Assembly: GCF_001194135.2 (NCBI RefSeq)
Contig: NC_068990.1
Location: 87,202,223-87,266,175, forward strand
Origin: Octopus bimaculoides
Lineage: Eukaryota
DNA: 63,953 nt
Direction of reading: 5' to 3'
Every line of letters starts with the position of its first letter. The stretch's first letter is position 1. The notes under the pieces are model-generated. The model had not been told where the DNA came from, ran no database searches, and saw only the letters and a list, made by a program, of their open reading frames with translations. Shown one piece after another: positions 21,838 to 35,789 of the stretch. Made by a program: the position numbers and the translations under genes.

Positions 21838-22052
21838 AAGGTGGCGAGCTGGCAGAATCGTTAGCACGCCGGTCGAAATGCTTAGCGGTATTTCGTCTGT
21901 CTTTACGTTCTGAGTTCAAATTCCACCGAGGCCGACTTTGATTTTCATCCTTTTGGGGTCGATAAATTAAGTACCAGTTGTGTCGATCTAATTGACTGCC
22001 CCCCCCCCACTCCTCCAAAATTTCGGGCCTTGTGCCTAGAGTAGAAAAGAAT
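21838..22052 (+). mobile_element. SINE family B, near full length
   Basis: Head ggcgagctggcagaatcgttagcacgccgg, B box GAGTTCAAATTCC. Confidence 0.85.
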
Positions 22053-25000
22053 ATATTATCTACTCTGTTACTCTCTCTACGACCACCTTCTCACAACACC
22101 GTTTCCCTCATATTTCCGTTTTAGTTGTAAGGCGACATCACTGGTGCTGGTGCCATGAACAGAAGGAGAGGAAAAAAAAAAAAGAGCTCCCAGTTCACTC
22201 TGTAAAGTGTTTGCTATTTGAGAGGGCATCATGCTGCAGAAATCTTACCAAAACTGTGGCGACTATCTTCCAATTCATTGGATCCTGTAAAACCATCCAA
22301 CCTATGGAAGACTAATGCAAAATGATGATGATAACAACGACGATGATGATGATGACAATGATATCTATATGTTATGTTTGCTATATAAGTGTTATGTACA
22401 CACACACACACATATGTAATCCTAAAAATGTATTTGTAGGTTGACATATCATTGGTTTCATATCTAATTAGCTGACACAGTAATAACCATAGACAAAGCG
22501 GTAAAGCTTTAATGAAAATTGCTCGTTAAAAACAACTTGATGGCTGTACCTTTCATAGACTGACAACTTCTAGACAGATTTTTGTGAGTACAAGAGTGTG
22601 GTGGGTAGATGGGTGGTGGTGAGGAATAAAATGAGAGAGCAGGAGTGATTGATAAAGAAAGAAAGAGAGGAGGGTGAAATGATTAGTATGCCACTGTGGT
22701 GATAGTGGTGGGGGTGACTTTCAACTTACAAAAACATTCTGTCTGTCAATTATGCCTAGACACACATATACAAATAAACTCTCTCTCTCTCACACACACA
22801 CACGACTATACGATCAATTATGCCTAGACACATATGTAAATATATTGCAACATATAAATATACTGGCACACATGTCCATGATAGTATATTCACACTTGAG
22901 TGCGCACACACACACACACAATCACACACAAAAAAAAAACACACATACACACACACATGCGCATGCACACTTATTCTTGCATGTATCAGTTGTGATGTTA
23001 CTCAAAAACCTGGATATTTACATATGAATCATCAGAGCAATGACTTCCTGACAATTCAAGAATTTTAATTCACACTGACTGATTATGAAACACTCGCCAG
23101 TCATACAGTGCTCCCACTGTTTACAAGCCTCTATTCATACCGTCGCATATTGCCTGTTTATTGTTAAGTTTAGAGATAGTTAAATGCCGTGGCTACAAAT
23201 AGTTATTTCGTAGTACAGCAATCTGAAGATTCAGTCCATGGTTTTTATAATGTGACCTCTTCCAACTGAACTATAACCCTTGACCTTTTCCCACTGAACT
23301 ATAACCCTTGACATACCGTTCTTTAACTTTTTGCCTGCCCTGTGCATCACGTGATACACAGGACATTTCCCTCGAATGCACTATGTATGATACACATTTC
23401 TAATTTTTTTTTTCCTTTCAACCACCTGAGTAACCATGGAACTTACGAAAGGAAAGCTTTGTATGAAACGAGCCAAAAGTCTGGAAACTTACATCATTCA
23501 AAATAGCTAATTCAGTGATAAGGAATATATTTTACAAAAGAAAAACAAAACATAAAGAAGAAAGAAAAAAAGCATCAATGTAGCATTAAGTGCCTCACTT
23601 GGCTGCACTCTAAAAAGTTCAACGGAACCCACTGAAGCTAGCCAACACGCTCGCGGCGATGGCGAGGCTAAGGCGTTGGAAAAGCCAGTACCCTCTCAGG
23701 CATCAAAAGCTTTGGATAGACGGAGTTAAGACTCTGAACTACTATAGTAGGGAATTCAACACACTGTATGGTTGTAACATTTAACACACTGTACTATGAC
23801 CTATGGAACCCCGCACCACTACTACATTCTATTCAACATACTTCTGACTTTGAGCAGTAACCTCTGACATACTATACCGTTACTTTTTAATATGGCACCA
23901 CGACCTCTGTATTATACACAAACTGTATTTTAACCTCAGACATTCTGCACTAACCTCTGATATAATGTGCCCCTATAACCTCTGTGTAACCTATTTCTGT
24001 CACCACTGTTGTACATTAACTAATACTCAGTTCTGTGACCCCAACATGCTCACTGTCACCTTTGACACGCTGCTCAGTGATCTCCAAATGTAGAGCTTAG
24101 CGACTGTCTACATAACTGGCCTTATTAATTCCCTTTAGGCTGTGTAAACAAGGGAGATGACGCTTAGCCCAGGATTAACTCTAATCAAGTAGTTATTATC
24201 TAAGGCATTTCAGCTGTGAGCATCCCATCTTTTTTTCCAGAATACATTATCTAATGAATTTTAAAGGACATGAATCGAAGGAGATTTGACTGTTATTTCC
24301 AGCATTTCGTCTACGTAAGGCTCTCACAGTAATCTAAACAGCCCAGCTGGTCTTTTTAAGGCAGACATACGATCAAAAACTCACCAGATATGATCATCCT
24401 GTCTTTTTTCTCAGTCATTATGTATTTAGCACTGCAATATGCATGCAACGTAGTTTTATATATAGGACAGCTGACTGATTTAGGAGAATTTTGGCTGCTG
24501 TATCTAGCAGGACGAATGATCGCACGGAAACTTCCTGTTGGCACGTTTTGCAGATAGAGTGAAGATTTCAGCTTAACGTTAGATAGATGGCGGGGGAGAG
24601 AAAGATTGATACTGAGGGACAACTACTGACCTACTAACCATATTTAGATGATGTTTTTGGAGGTGGACCAAAAGACACACACACACGTGTGAATGTGCGT
24701 GTGGGCGCGAGCGCGCACACATATACACAAACACATAGAAAGAGAAAGTGAGAATAAATAGTTATATATGCAGGTAGTCTGGTTAGTTGGTTGTTAGATC
24801 GACACATAAGTGAATTCTATATCTGGAGGTTTAATTTTGGTGTAAGAATGAAAGAATTATACTTTGAACAGAATCTCTACAGGCTGTGGAAACCAGTTGT
24901 TACCACCTTGTATTTAATATGCAGAACGCTCCCGAGGTATTCCCCTTAAGCTTATAATAATATTTTGACAAGAGCCAATATCACTTGAACAAGAAAGAAA

Positions 25001-25185
25001 AGTAGAGTTTCGTGAAAAGGGTTAATATATGTAACAGTTCGACCGAAGCCCCTCATAGAAAAATGAGAGAAGTCTGTCGTTTTCCGATGTCTGGAACTAT
25101 CTGTCCGAAACGCCATGTATTTATATATTACTCTCAAGATGTTTTGTTTGTTTTTGGCTCATGTAGTTAACATCCATCTACTTAC

Positions 25186-25299
25186 ATAGTTTAATGACGA
25201 GCATGGGCAGTTGTCTTTGCTCTGCTCGGAATTAATACAAATAGAACCCTCATCTAAACGAGAAGGCTGTATCAGAGGGTTGTCAAGTTTTTCGCACAT
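25186..25299 (-). CDS. EFHB: Probable first coding exon of the EFHB-like gene (MCEKLDNPLIQPSRLDEGSICINSEQSKDNCPCSSLNY)
   Basis: ATG plus 38 open codons ending at a gtaagt donor in phase 0, compatible with the downstream exons. Lies about 80 nt downstream of an X-box-like motif. No homology support. Confidence 0.5.
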
Positions 25300-25375
25300 T
25301 TCTCTGGTTGTTTGCCTGTCTTGTGCGTATCTTTGAAATTCTTAACTAAACAATAAACGTAAGAAGCGTGTCATT

Positions 25376-25416
25376 GTTGACCTTAGCAACGACCTACGTG
25401 TCATAGAGCATGCGCA
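25376..25416. promoter_or_regulatory. RFX X-box-like motif GTTGAC-CTT-AGCAAC plus NRF1-like GCATGCGCA
   Basis: Fits GTNRCC-N0-3-RGYAAC with one mismatch. Sits just upstream of the putative first exon of a motile-cilia gene. Confidence 0.5.
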
Positions 25417-27737
25417 AATCATGACTGTCACAAACGTAGTCAACGGTCTTAAGAATAGTAAGATGGTATTTTTTTCTCGTTTCATCACTATATGGTTCCG
25501 GCAGAATTTTTTATTTTTGAATGGTTAATTTTTTCAAGATGTTATCAAAATTGATGATTAAGGAGAAAATAATTAATTAATATGCAGAACGCCTGATTTT
25601 TTTTATAATCTCGCATGGAAGCGAGATTACAAAAGCAAACCTAATTAAATCTCGTGCATACGTAACTTCATTAACAATTCTATTTTATTTTAGCATGTAT
25701 AATAATTATTTTCGTATTTATTTTGCATTTTCTGTCATTAAGAAAATAGTAATGTCCATGTTTATTTAATATCAAACACAATGTATACAAAAGGGAACTC
25801 TACTTCATGAAATCTCGCATACACGTGACTTCTCTGGACTATTGTGCTTAATTTGTTTTGTTTTTTTTAAATACTTTACTTAGAAACTCACACAAACATG
25901 ATTACAGCTGTCAATAGATTCAGTCAGAACATGAAAATATTCAAATCCTTCTACTTGTCTATTATGTTAAGTGACTATGATATCGTTAATGTTTTGGGTT
26001 CTAGACTAAGGTCAGTAGCAGCAGCAGCAGCTCGACTGTTTGCTATTATTACGTAATGGTTGTTTGGGGGTTGCCGTCGTTGGAGCAAGGTGCTGTCGCC
26101 TGATTCCATGCATATATATAGTTCGCATTTTTCTAATCTGAGAGCTTGCCCAGATGGTCGACACCGCTCTATTAAGACCACCATAAGAAACTCGTGACTG
26201 TTATGAACACTCATGCACATACACATTTATATGAGTGTATGTAGCATATATGTATACACGTACAACTACGTACTCACACACATTGTATATGTGTGTATAT
26301 ATATATGTGTGTGTACACTTATATATAGTAGTTGATAATTCCCCAAGGATTGTTTCAAAACAAGTCGGCTCTATAGACTAATGCCACATCAACTTACATC
26401 AGTGGTAGAGAAAGGAGAGTGCTTGTGAGACTTGAAAAGGGGGCGGATAAGTTATGTTTAATAAAAATTAAGAGGGTTTAAAAAATTTTTTTAACCTGTC
26501 TAACACCACGACGAAGATATAAGAATTATATAGTTCCGAACACTATTTTGTCTTGTCATATAACAAATTACACTTTTTTTGTGACGAAGTATCCTGAATT
26601 TATACACCATCATATCTCATGCCAAAGGTGTGTTGTCCATCCTCTGGTGCCTATAATCACTTTGGTACCATTAAATAAAATATATATATTGACTTTCTAT
26701 AAATGTTGAAAACGAACATTTGTTAAAATAACTTTATTATTATTAAGCTGGTGTTTTGAACATGAATCAGCATGAAATTTAGGTGGAACGTTTTAATTTA
26801 GATAACTTTAAAACGGAATTCATGTTTTAGCACCAAGGGTGGTTTCATGCGGGTTGGTATCGAAAGTGTTGAAAGTTTCACTACACCTCTGCAGCAGATG
26901 GTTTAGATGTCTGCATCCAATATATACTGTATGATTTGTAGAAGATCAGATCGAATTAATATCATCAATAATATAGTCTCATTCTCTTATGTTCTGTAAT
27001 CAACTCCTAACAGGATCGAATTCACTTTGTGAAGCTCAAAAGTCAGTCATTTTAGGTCCAATGTAAGAAATACACAAAGGAAGAAATCTGCAAGTTACTC
27101 GTTGAAGCAACAGATGATTGCATGAAACCGTTTCTTCGCCAACGATTTTCAAGAGAGGGAATACGACTGAATTAACCCACTCGAACATACATCCATAATA
27201 CAATGGAGAGTGATTCAATTGCTATATCACTCTGCTACAAGACTAGTTTCTGTGTCTAAAAACATTGTATTCTAAAAGCTATACAATACTTATACCTCTG
27301 TATACCCATGAACTGTATTTCTCATTTAAGAAAAAAAAAAAATCGAAAGAAAAAGCCTCTTGTCACTCATAAAGGATTGTTGGCCCTTTATCTAAAGGGT
27401 CGTCATGAGCAAAGCCATCCTTACTGAGCCGCGGCTGCTTGAGTAAGACCAGAAATTGCGAGTACGTGGAAGGAGTGAAGACGAATAACTCAACAGGTTA
27501 TCTGTATCTTGGCCAAATAAACATTGCCGGGTCCACCTCTCCTCTCCAAAATTAAACTCTTGAGGCACGGTAGTGGTGGAACTCGATATCATTGTAGCAA
27601 ACTAAAAATTAATACCCTATTTGATAAACGACGCTCTAGTTACGACTATTCTGCCTTTTTATAACAACATTGTCCACTTCTTTTTTTTTTAAGATTATTT
27701 GGCCGCTATTTCTAGCAGAAGTAGTGACTGTTTAGAG

Positions 27738-27973
27738 CAGGAGTTTTGCTCATGGACCTCTTTGGTTCCTGTTTTATTTTTGCTGGACCCTCATAGCCAT
27801 TCGATGTTTAAAAAATCATATTGTATCTCTATAATTAGATATTATTAGGAATTACATTGAAAAAAAAAAATGAAGATATTTTGTGTATCGTAGAGGTATA
27901 ACCAATTTATTGCAGATACATTTTAACAAAATGGACCTCCAAGGGCCATGTGGACCCCGATTGAGAACCACTG
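27738..27973. mobile_element. hAT (Charlie-like) MITE
   Basis: CAGGAGTT...GAGAACCACTG termini. Flanks gtttagag / gtctagaa give a 6/8 match to an NTCTAGAN-type TSD. Confidence 0.55.
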
Positions 27974-29751
27974 GTCTAGAAAGTCCCCGAAGAGTACACA
28001 GTTCGCAGCTCGGTTTTGGTTCTTTAATGAGGAGTGCCCTTGAGAAAGGCATAAATGTCACAGGATGTCAGTTCTGGTTCTCTCGAGCATATGTGGCCTT
28101 GTGCCAAAGTATGAAACCATTTAAATAGCATGACCCTTCCTTTCTTCTATCAGTGAACTGTGTCTTTACATAGATCCTGATTTGGCATTTCCAGAGTTCA
28201 GTATCTAAGTCGTACACACAGGTGACAGGATACGATGCACTGTCCCTTCCGCTTAGGCGCCCCACCACACCATTACCATTAGCAATGCATCCAATATATC
28301 AAATTTAATCCACAAGCTACATTTTTTTCCTTTTCTCTGTCTTTCTTTTTCACTTTATCATTTGTTTGCCAATCTCTCTCTCTTTAATTAGCTTGCTTAT
28401 GACTTTCCAATGTACTTCACACTGTGATAAATTAAACTGGACTATTTGTCTAACTAGCTATCTTTACATATCAGGCTTACAGCTAGTTAAGTACGTAACT
28501 AACTTTCTTTCAACTCAATTTACGCCGTCCTTCTCTCTCTCTCTCTCTCTCATTACTTCGATCTGTTTTCTCATCAAAGATCAATGAACTGTATTTCACT
28601 ATTCTCATCTCCCGACTGTTTCCTTTTGATTTGAACGAATCCAATAATTGCAAATATTGCTTGAACAAACAGTCCTTATAGCCATATCTAGTGTGTGCGT
28701 TTTTTTTTTTTTGGTTAAAATATTATGTTAGATTGTTTTCCTGGAATAAATAAAGGATTAAAAATTATTACTCATATTTATTTTCCCAAAGTGATTTATT
28801 TCTTAAACCAGATGACCTCATAGGTCGTTAATTATTATTTTAATGAATTGCTCTTCTTCCCACCCACCCTGTCTACTAATTTTGATATTTGGGTTATGAG
28901 TTCATGGTAATAGAATAAAAATGGAAAGAAAATAAACTGAGGTCTTCAGAGTGGAGATTTCATTAATTTATAAGTTCACATTGATCACATCACGCGCGTA
29001 GTGATATGATACTAAACTGTGACGATGAAGTAGTTCGTTTAGCGAGAAGTGGCCAGAAGACAGAGAGATAAGAATAAGTGATAAAAAAAAGGAAACATGA
29101 GTGAAAGAGTAAAAAGAAAGAGGAGAGCTGAATAGAGAAAGAGAAGGAAAGAGAATGAAAATAAAGTAGAAAAGCAAGTAGTTGAAAATAGTTGGGAGAA
29201 AGACTGAATGAATATGAAATGGAGTTAACGACGAAAAGAGAAATGTGACTTCAGAGAGAGAGAGAGGAACAAAATGAAATATACAAAAGACAGACAGTAC
29301 TTGAGTGTAACTCAGGCACTCTACCACTCTTGTTTTAGAGAGTGGTAGAATAGAAAGGAGATGGAGTTAGGTTGATGAAAAGAAACATAGATAGATATAA
29401 GTAAAGTGACTCGAAAGAGAAGTATATATATACAGAGAGAGAGGGGGGGATATGAGGTCGAGCAGAAATATATAGTGTGACTTTGAAAGAGAGGCAATGT
29501 ACAATGAGTGAATCATAAATGTATAGAGATTGAGAGAGAAAGACAGTGAGGGTATGAGGTGGAGAGATAGAAAGAAAGAGAGATACAGTGAGAAAACAGT
29601 GGAAAGGAGAGAAAGAGTGAGAGTATGAGGCTATACAGAGAGGTAGAAAAGAGGAGATATAGAACGAGAGAGAAAAAGTGAGTTTGAGGTAGAGCAGAGC
29701 GGAGCTCAGTAATAGAGGGTGAGAGTATGAGATAAAGTAGAGAGTGAGAAC

Positions 29752-30106
29752 GAAGGAGATATAGAAAGATAGAGAGAAAGTCAAGATGAGAGTGATAGTA
29801 TGAGATGTAATATAGAGGTAGAGAGTGAGAGTATGACGTATAGCAGAGAGTAAGTAAGAAGAAGATATAGAAAGAAAGAGAGAGCCAAGTGAGAGGGAAA
29901 ATAGAAAGGTAGAAAGAAGGAGATATAGAAAGATAGAGAGAAAGTCAAGATGAGAGTGATAGTATGAGATGGCATATAGAGATAGAGAGTGAGAGTATGA
30001 CGTATAGTAGAGAGTAAGTAAGAAAGAGATATAGAAAGAAAGAGAGAGCTAAGTGAGAGGGAAAATAGAAAGGTAGAAAGAAGGAGATATAGAAAGATAG
30101 AGAGAG
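29752..30106. repeat. 164-bp higher-order GA-rich tandem repeat (just over two units) in a purine-rich block starting near 29050
   Basis: gaaggagatatagaaagatagagaga recurs at about 29753, 29917 and 30081. Confidence 0.9.
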
Positions 30107-33100
30107 AGGAGCTACTACTGCGTAGAGACGAGGCTTTACGACCATCACCCGTTCTTCGCTAGGTTTGTATGGGGCTTTTTACTTGTGTCTTTAACAGGCT
30201 TATTCCCTTCTATCTGTGTGTGTGCTGCCGCCGCCATCGGGACATTTTTTACCACCAGTGATAATTAAAATACGAGGTCGAAGTCGAGTGAAAGACCATC
30301 GAAATACTGTCGACACACAGGGACCGTTTAAACCACTTCTATAGAGACAGTTAAGATAACAAAATACACAAAAAGCTGAAGGTAAGGAGCCACATATATA
30401 GGATGGCGGCCGTTGTTTGTATGAACATCAATATATATACACATATATATATTGTATATATGTATATATATGTATAAGCTACTTACTATGTATTAAGGGA
30501 ACGTTATTCTGTCCTCTATCTGTCTTTCTATCTATATATATATATACGACAAATGTATGTATGTAGATATTGTGTATATTTTAATATGTATATGTATTTA
30601 TGTGTGTGATACAGGGGGGAGGATGTTTTAAATGTGTATGAAAAGCTAGCGAAAGGGTGTCTATCTATGTACCTATCTATCTATCTATAAATAGTCGTCA
30701 AAGAAGGGCGTGTTTGCATTGTATGTATGTATATATATGTATATAGATATATAGTGTAGATAATGTGTGTGTATATAATACATGGATGAGTTCCCTGTGT
30801 ATAATTATGATCTGGCGGAAGAGTAGGTTAAGACAAGAGGAGGGGAGTCGTTTTATTATTTTTTTTTCTTTCCCCATCTGACACAATTCATTTGTCCACT
30901 CGTTGATTTAATAATTTACACACATCTGAGTGAGTGTGTATACACACATTTAAATATCTATATCTGATTGTGTGTATATATATATATTTGTATATATGTA
31001 TGTATATTCCTCCCCTTGAGACTGCTGCTGTACTCGTACTTGGTTTATACTATCACTCTCTTTCTCTCTAACCTGCCCCTCTCTTTCTCTTGTCTATTCT
31101 CTCTCTTTCTCTTTATCCTACCCCTCTCTTTCTCTCTAGCTTACTTCTCCTGTCTTTCTCTTTATCCTATATTTTTTTAACTCTTTCTTCGTCACTGTGA
31201 TATACACACACTCCGTCTCTCTTTCACAGCATTCCCAATCTCACCCCCTCAGCTTGCCACATAAACCAGACCCCCTACAAAATTTCAGCCAACAACACTA
31301 TATAATTGTCATTAATAATTATTATAAATATGTCGATAACACACACATATATATATATTTATATGTATATATATTTAGCTCTTCCCACCTCCGTGCAGCA
31401 TCAACAAGAAACAGCCTACCACTGCCATCCATCCAAAATGTCTATATTTCCTGTTCGAACCGTCTCCTCTCTCTCCCCATTGCTAATTTCAACTAGAGAC
31501 TTCACTATAACATTTATCTTTCTTTGTGGCCATTTTGTGTGTAGTATGTATGTAGAATATTGTGTATATGTCATGTCAATCACTCGCCTTCTACCATCAG
31601 TCTGAAACCACATATATATATATGAATGTATATATATATACGTATATATTGAACCTTCTTCAAATATCTTAATTCGATTCATTCAATCTGCCTTTTGACT
31701 GTCTTGAGTCTTCTTTTGTGTTAGACAGTGAGAAAGTGTTTCTATTTAAAAGGTTTGTGCGTGTATACATATATATATATATTATCGTGTTAAATAGAGT
31801 TTCTACATGGTAATCTCATTCTGTCAATTGTCCTCATAAACTCTGTCCCGTGTCTATGTATGTATTGTGTATCTCATTAGGACATTCTCTATGTACGTAA
31901 CAAATAAAACATCGGTTATTGATGAGCGATTGCCTGTTATACACATGTGTGATTTATAGATATGCCAGTAATTCTGTATGTGGATGTGTGTATTTATTTA
32001 TTTATTCGCCACCAGAGTAAGTTCAAATCAGAATGCCTATAGTGGTGCGTGCGTGTGTTTGTTTGTCTGTCCTTCATTTTAAATTGACTTGAGCTGTTCA
32101 GTGTCCTCAAATTGTCCACATCCACTCTCACCCCTACTCTCTAGTTGGTCAAATTAGCACTTGATAAATGACCTTATTATATCTGCTGTCTATACGAGCC
32201 AAACACACACATAGAATATGCACACACAGTCACATATATTATGTAATATAGACGTGTGTATTGCTATATAATTAAATGTATGGAAGAACGAGATGAACAC
32301 ATGAACGTCGATAGTACATTTCAGTGTGTGGTCTCTCTTCTTCTTCTTCCCCCCCTTCTCTCTCCTATTAGCACTTTGATGTGCACATACATAAACGTTT
32401 GCATCACAGCTGCCACCTTGCAGCTATGATGCACCTTCATCTTAGAAAACATGAATTGTGTGTGTGTGTGTGTGTATAACCTGTAGCTTTGAGTCGTCTT
32501 CCAGTCTCTTTCTCTCTCACTCTCTCTCCCTTCGCCCATGACATGTCGAATTTGCTCAAACATCCTCTCACTCTCTCTCTCTGCGCCCACCACCGTTCTG
32601 TCTTCAGCCGATTCTCGTGATTACTCAGGGAGTTGGAAATACGTATACATATGTTGGGGGAAAAAAAGGGCCATATTTACACTTATTCCTTTCTCTTGTT
32701 AACTGCACACACACATGCACAATAGGCCTACTTTTTTATGTTCTGTGGCATGGTGTCCTCCTGCTCTGCTTTTGCGACACAGGACATTATTACACACCCA
32801 CCAACTACCTTGTTAATGGCCCAAATTCTGGTCTTGCTCCTTTCATTTAGATGCTCACACACACACATACAATCCACATTTTCACATTAAATCGAACCAA
32901 AGCAAGATGCTACGTTGCTGAGGCATGGTCGGAGGAATAAACTAAATTAAAAGAAAGACCCCGTTTTTAGTGATGCTATAGTAATGGTGATGATTCCCCA
33001 GAGCTTGTGCCCCACGCTCTTAACTGATTCGATGCTGCATTTTTAAAATTTTCTTGATGATTAAAAAAAATTTTTTTTTCTTTAAACATATGATGGCGTT

Positions 33101-33701
33101 ATATACATATTTCTTGATCCGCCACTTCCCCTGCTATGTCTGTATGTCTTGGGGTGGGGCGACTGGGGTAATTAGTAAGGAATGAGGGGTAGGGGAGTTA
33201 GTCCTCCCTCTCCGCCCTTTCATCATATGATTATTATTATTATTACAATGATGATGGTTTATATTTTTTTCTCCACCAGCGAGACAACACCCCTCTTTAT
33301 GCTTCCATACTTCCTCTTCCTTTCCTCACTCTAAATTCTTTCTAGGTCGGCAGGTGCAGTTACACACACACACACACAGTTATATATTATGGTGTAGACA
33401 ACTTGGTATAGTCACACCACCAACACTTAAAAAAAAAAAGCTCCACTCCATTTAGACACAAACCTGTTTTTTTTTTTTTTTTTTTTCCTCTTTCGTTTTA
33501 ATTTCTGCTGTTTACATATATTTGTTTTTTTTTNNNNNNNNNNNNNNNNNNNNNNNNNNNNNNNNNNNNNNNNNNNNNNNNNNNNNNNNNNNNNNNNNNN
33601 NNNNNNNNNNNNNNNNNNNNNNNNNNNNNNNNNNNNNNNNNNNNNNNNNNNNNNNNNNNNNNNNNNNNNNNNNNNNNNNNNNNNNNNNNNNNNNNNNNNN
33701 N

Positions 33702-33751
<50 letters not shown>

Positions 33752-35789
33752 CATATATAATATATAATAAACACATACGTATGCCTATGTGTTCGTCTCT
33801 GAGATATGATCTTATTTCGTCTAAACTTGAGGTATATTTCCACGAAGTATTTTAGAAATAAATGGTATTATAATGTATTTGATTATATATCGGGTGTTGT
33901 GTACTTTTTGTAATATATTTAATCATAATTTTTGTATGGTGGTTATCTCGCATCATGTCGACCTTGGTCAAGCAGATATTTGACCAAAATACATTCTACT
34001 AATGACTTTCGTTATATATATATAGCGTAATCTGACATATTATCTACTGCAGTCATAATTATCATTTTTAAGACAGCAAGATATGATATAAATTAAAAGG
34101 AACTTAGCTGATATTTCTAGCAGGTCAAATTACTACGTAAAGACTTTCTTGTTTGGATGTGTATATGTTTATATGTATGTACTTTTGTGTGCATGCGAGA
34201 TCAACATGTGGCATTATGTGGTTCTCCACGTCTGTGTATTCTTTAAGGTGGATTATTATATCTTCATTAATGTGGTATCTGCTACATGTGTGAATAGTGA
34301 ATGCATCAAGTCTTTATAACCCGTGTGTACAGATTCACATATTTACTTTGTGTGTAATGTATGTATATATGTGTAGTGTATATCTAAATATATATATATA
34401 GCCACTCTTTTCTTTAATGCACAAACACGTGTATTTATAAGAATTTCTCTTAGTGCTTATGTATTTAGATATAATAATGTTTGTGTGTGACTAATATATT
34501 CATGTCATTATAGACAGATTTGTGTGTGTGGAGTCGTGTATCGACAAATGTCTAATATATGCATGTGATTATCAATAGTCTGGCTGTGTATGTGTGTGTG
34601 TTAATAATGTAATGTATTTATAAGCCTGTATGTAATGTGTGTGACATGTATCTATCGACAGGGTGTGTGTGTGTACGTAACCAGTTGTGCTGTTCAGCTT
34701 GCAGTGAAGTTAGTAGCCATATTGTATGTAATGTTTACTGCAACATTCTCTCTCTTTCTCTCCAGCTGGGACCTCCTTCTCCGTCTCAGCCGCCACCATC
34801 AACTCTCTTCTCATATTTCCCCACCCTGATTTAGTTTTTTAATTATTTTTGTCTCCTATATACACACGCACGCAACACTTATATTACTTACTGGACATAT
34901 TTGTTATGTAGATTGTACTTAACCGTGATATATATTTATGTTGTATAAAATGAAATGGCTGTGTTTATAGATTTCTATAAATCTTGCTATGTGGAATATG
35001 TGTATACAATGCGTATACACATGCCATGTTATACATATATATATATATGAGGAAAATACAGATGTGGTATATAACGCTTGTTTCATATGTATTGGTCTGT
35101 CTTTGGAGAGTCATTATGCCAATATTAAATAACACGCACTGGTTCAATTTCTCCCCTTAATTCTTAGCCAGTTGGTTATCTATCCAAATTTGTTTCAACA
35201 CACAAATTCACTTAAAGAATCATGCAAACCAAATATAAAAGCGAAGTCCATACAGTGTGTGTGTGTATGTATGTGTATATATAAGATGTATGTATGGGGT
35301 TAATCTATATAGTATCGCGATGGTGTGTGATCTGCTGTTTAAAATGTATATGAAATATATAATGTAATATGTGTGATTTCAGTGAACGTTCGTGAAATGT
35401 GATATATAAATAACTCAACGTGGTGTAATGGTGGAATGTATGCGTTACGTGAAATGTATGTTGTGTTGTGTATGTTCTGTTGCTTTGAAAACAGGTTGTC
35501 GATATTTTGTGAGATAAAATTCTTCATTTTGTCAATTTATGTATATTAGCAAGAACTTCGCTGTATAATTTTTGTCGATGCATACGAAGTATGGAGCTCT
35601 GCTATATTAACATATAGAACAAGCAAAAAACCAAAATATAACCATCGTCTCCAAATTGTACTCTGGGTTGAGTAATATGGCGGTGGTAGTAATTACAGTA
35701 GCCTAGCACATTTATACAGTTTGAAGGAGTTGATGGAACAACCTTAGCTTATTTAAACGGCTTTAGGGGTGGTAGCAGAATCGTAGCTT

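Noticed and set aside
24356-24622. 88-aa minus-strand ORF as an extra EFHB exon
   Set aside because: Its donor is phase 1 while the next supported exon needs phase 0. It would need further unsupported exons, and there is no homology.
27392-28290. Minus-strand ORFs (one with a kelch-like CVYDLDTELW stretch) as a neighbouring gene
   Set aside because: No consistent splice chain or recognisable domain; a single short motif is within chance.
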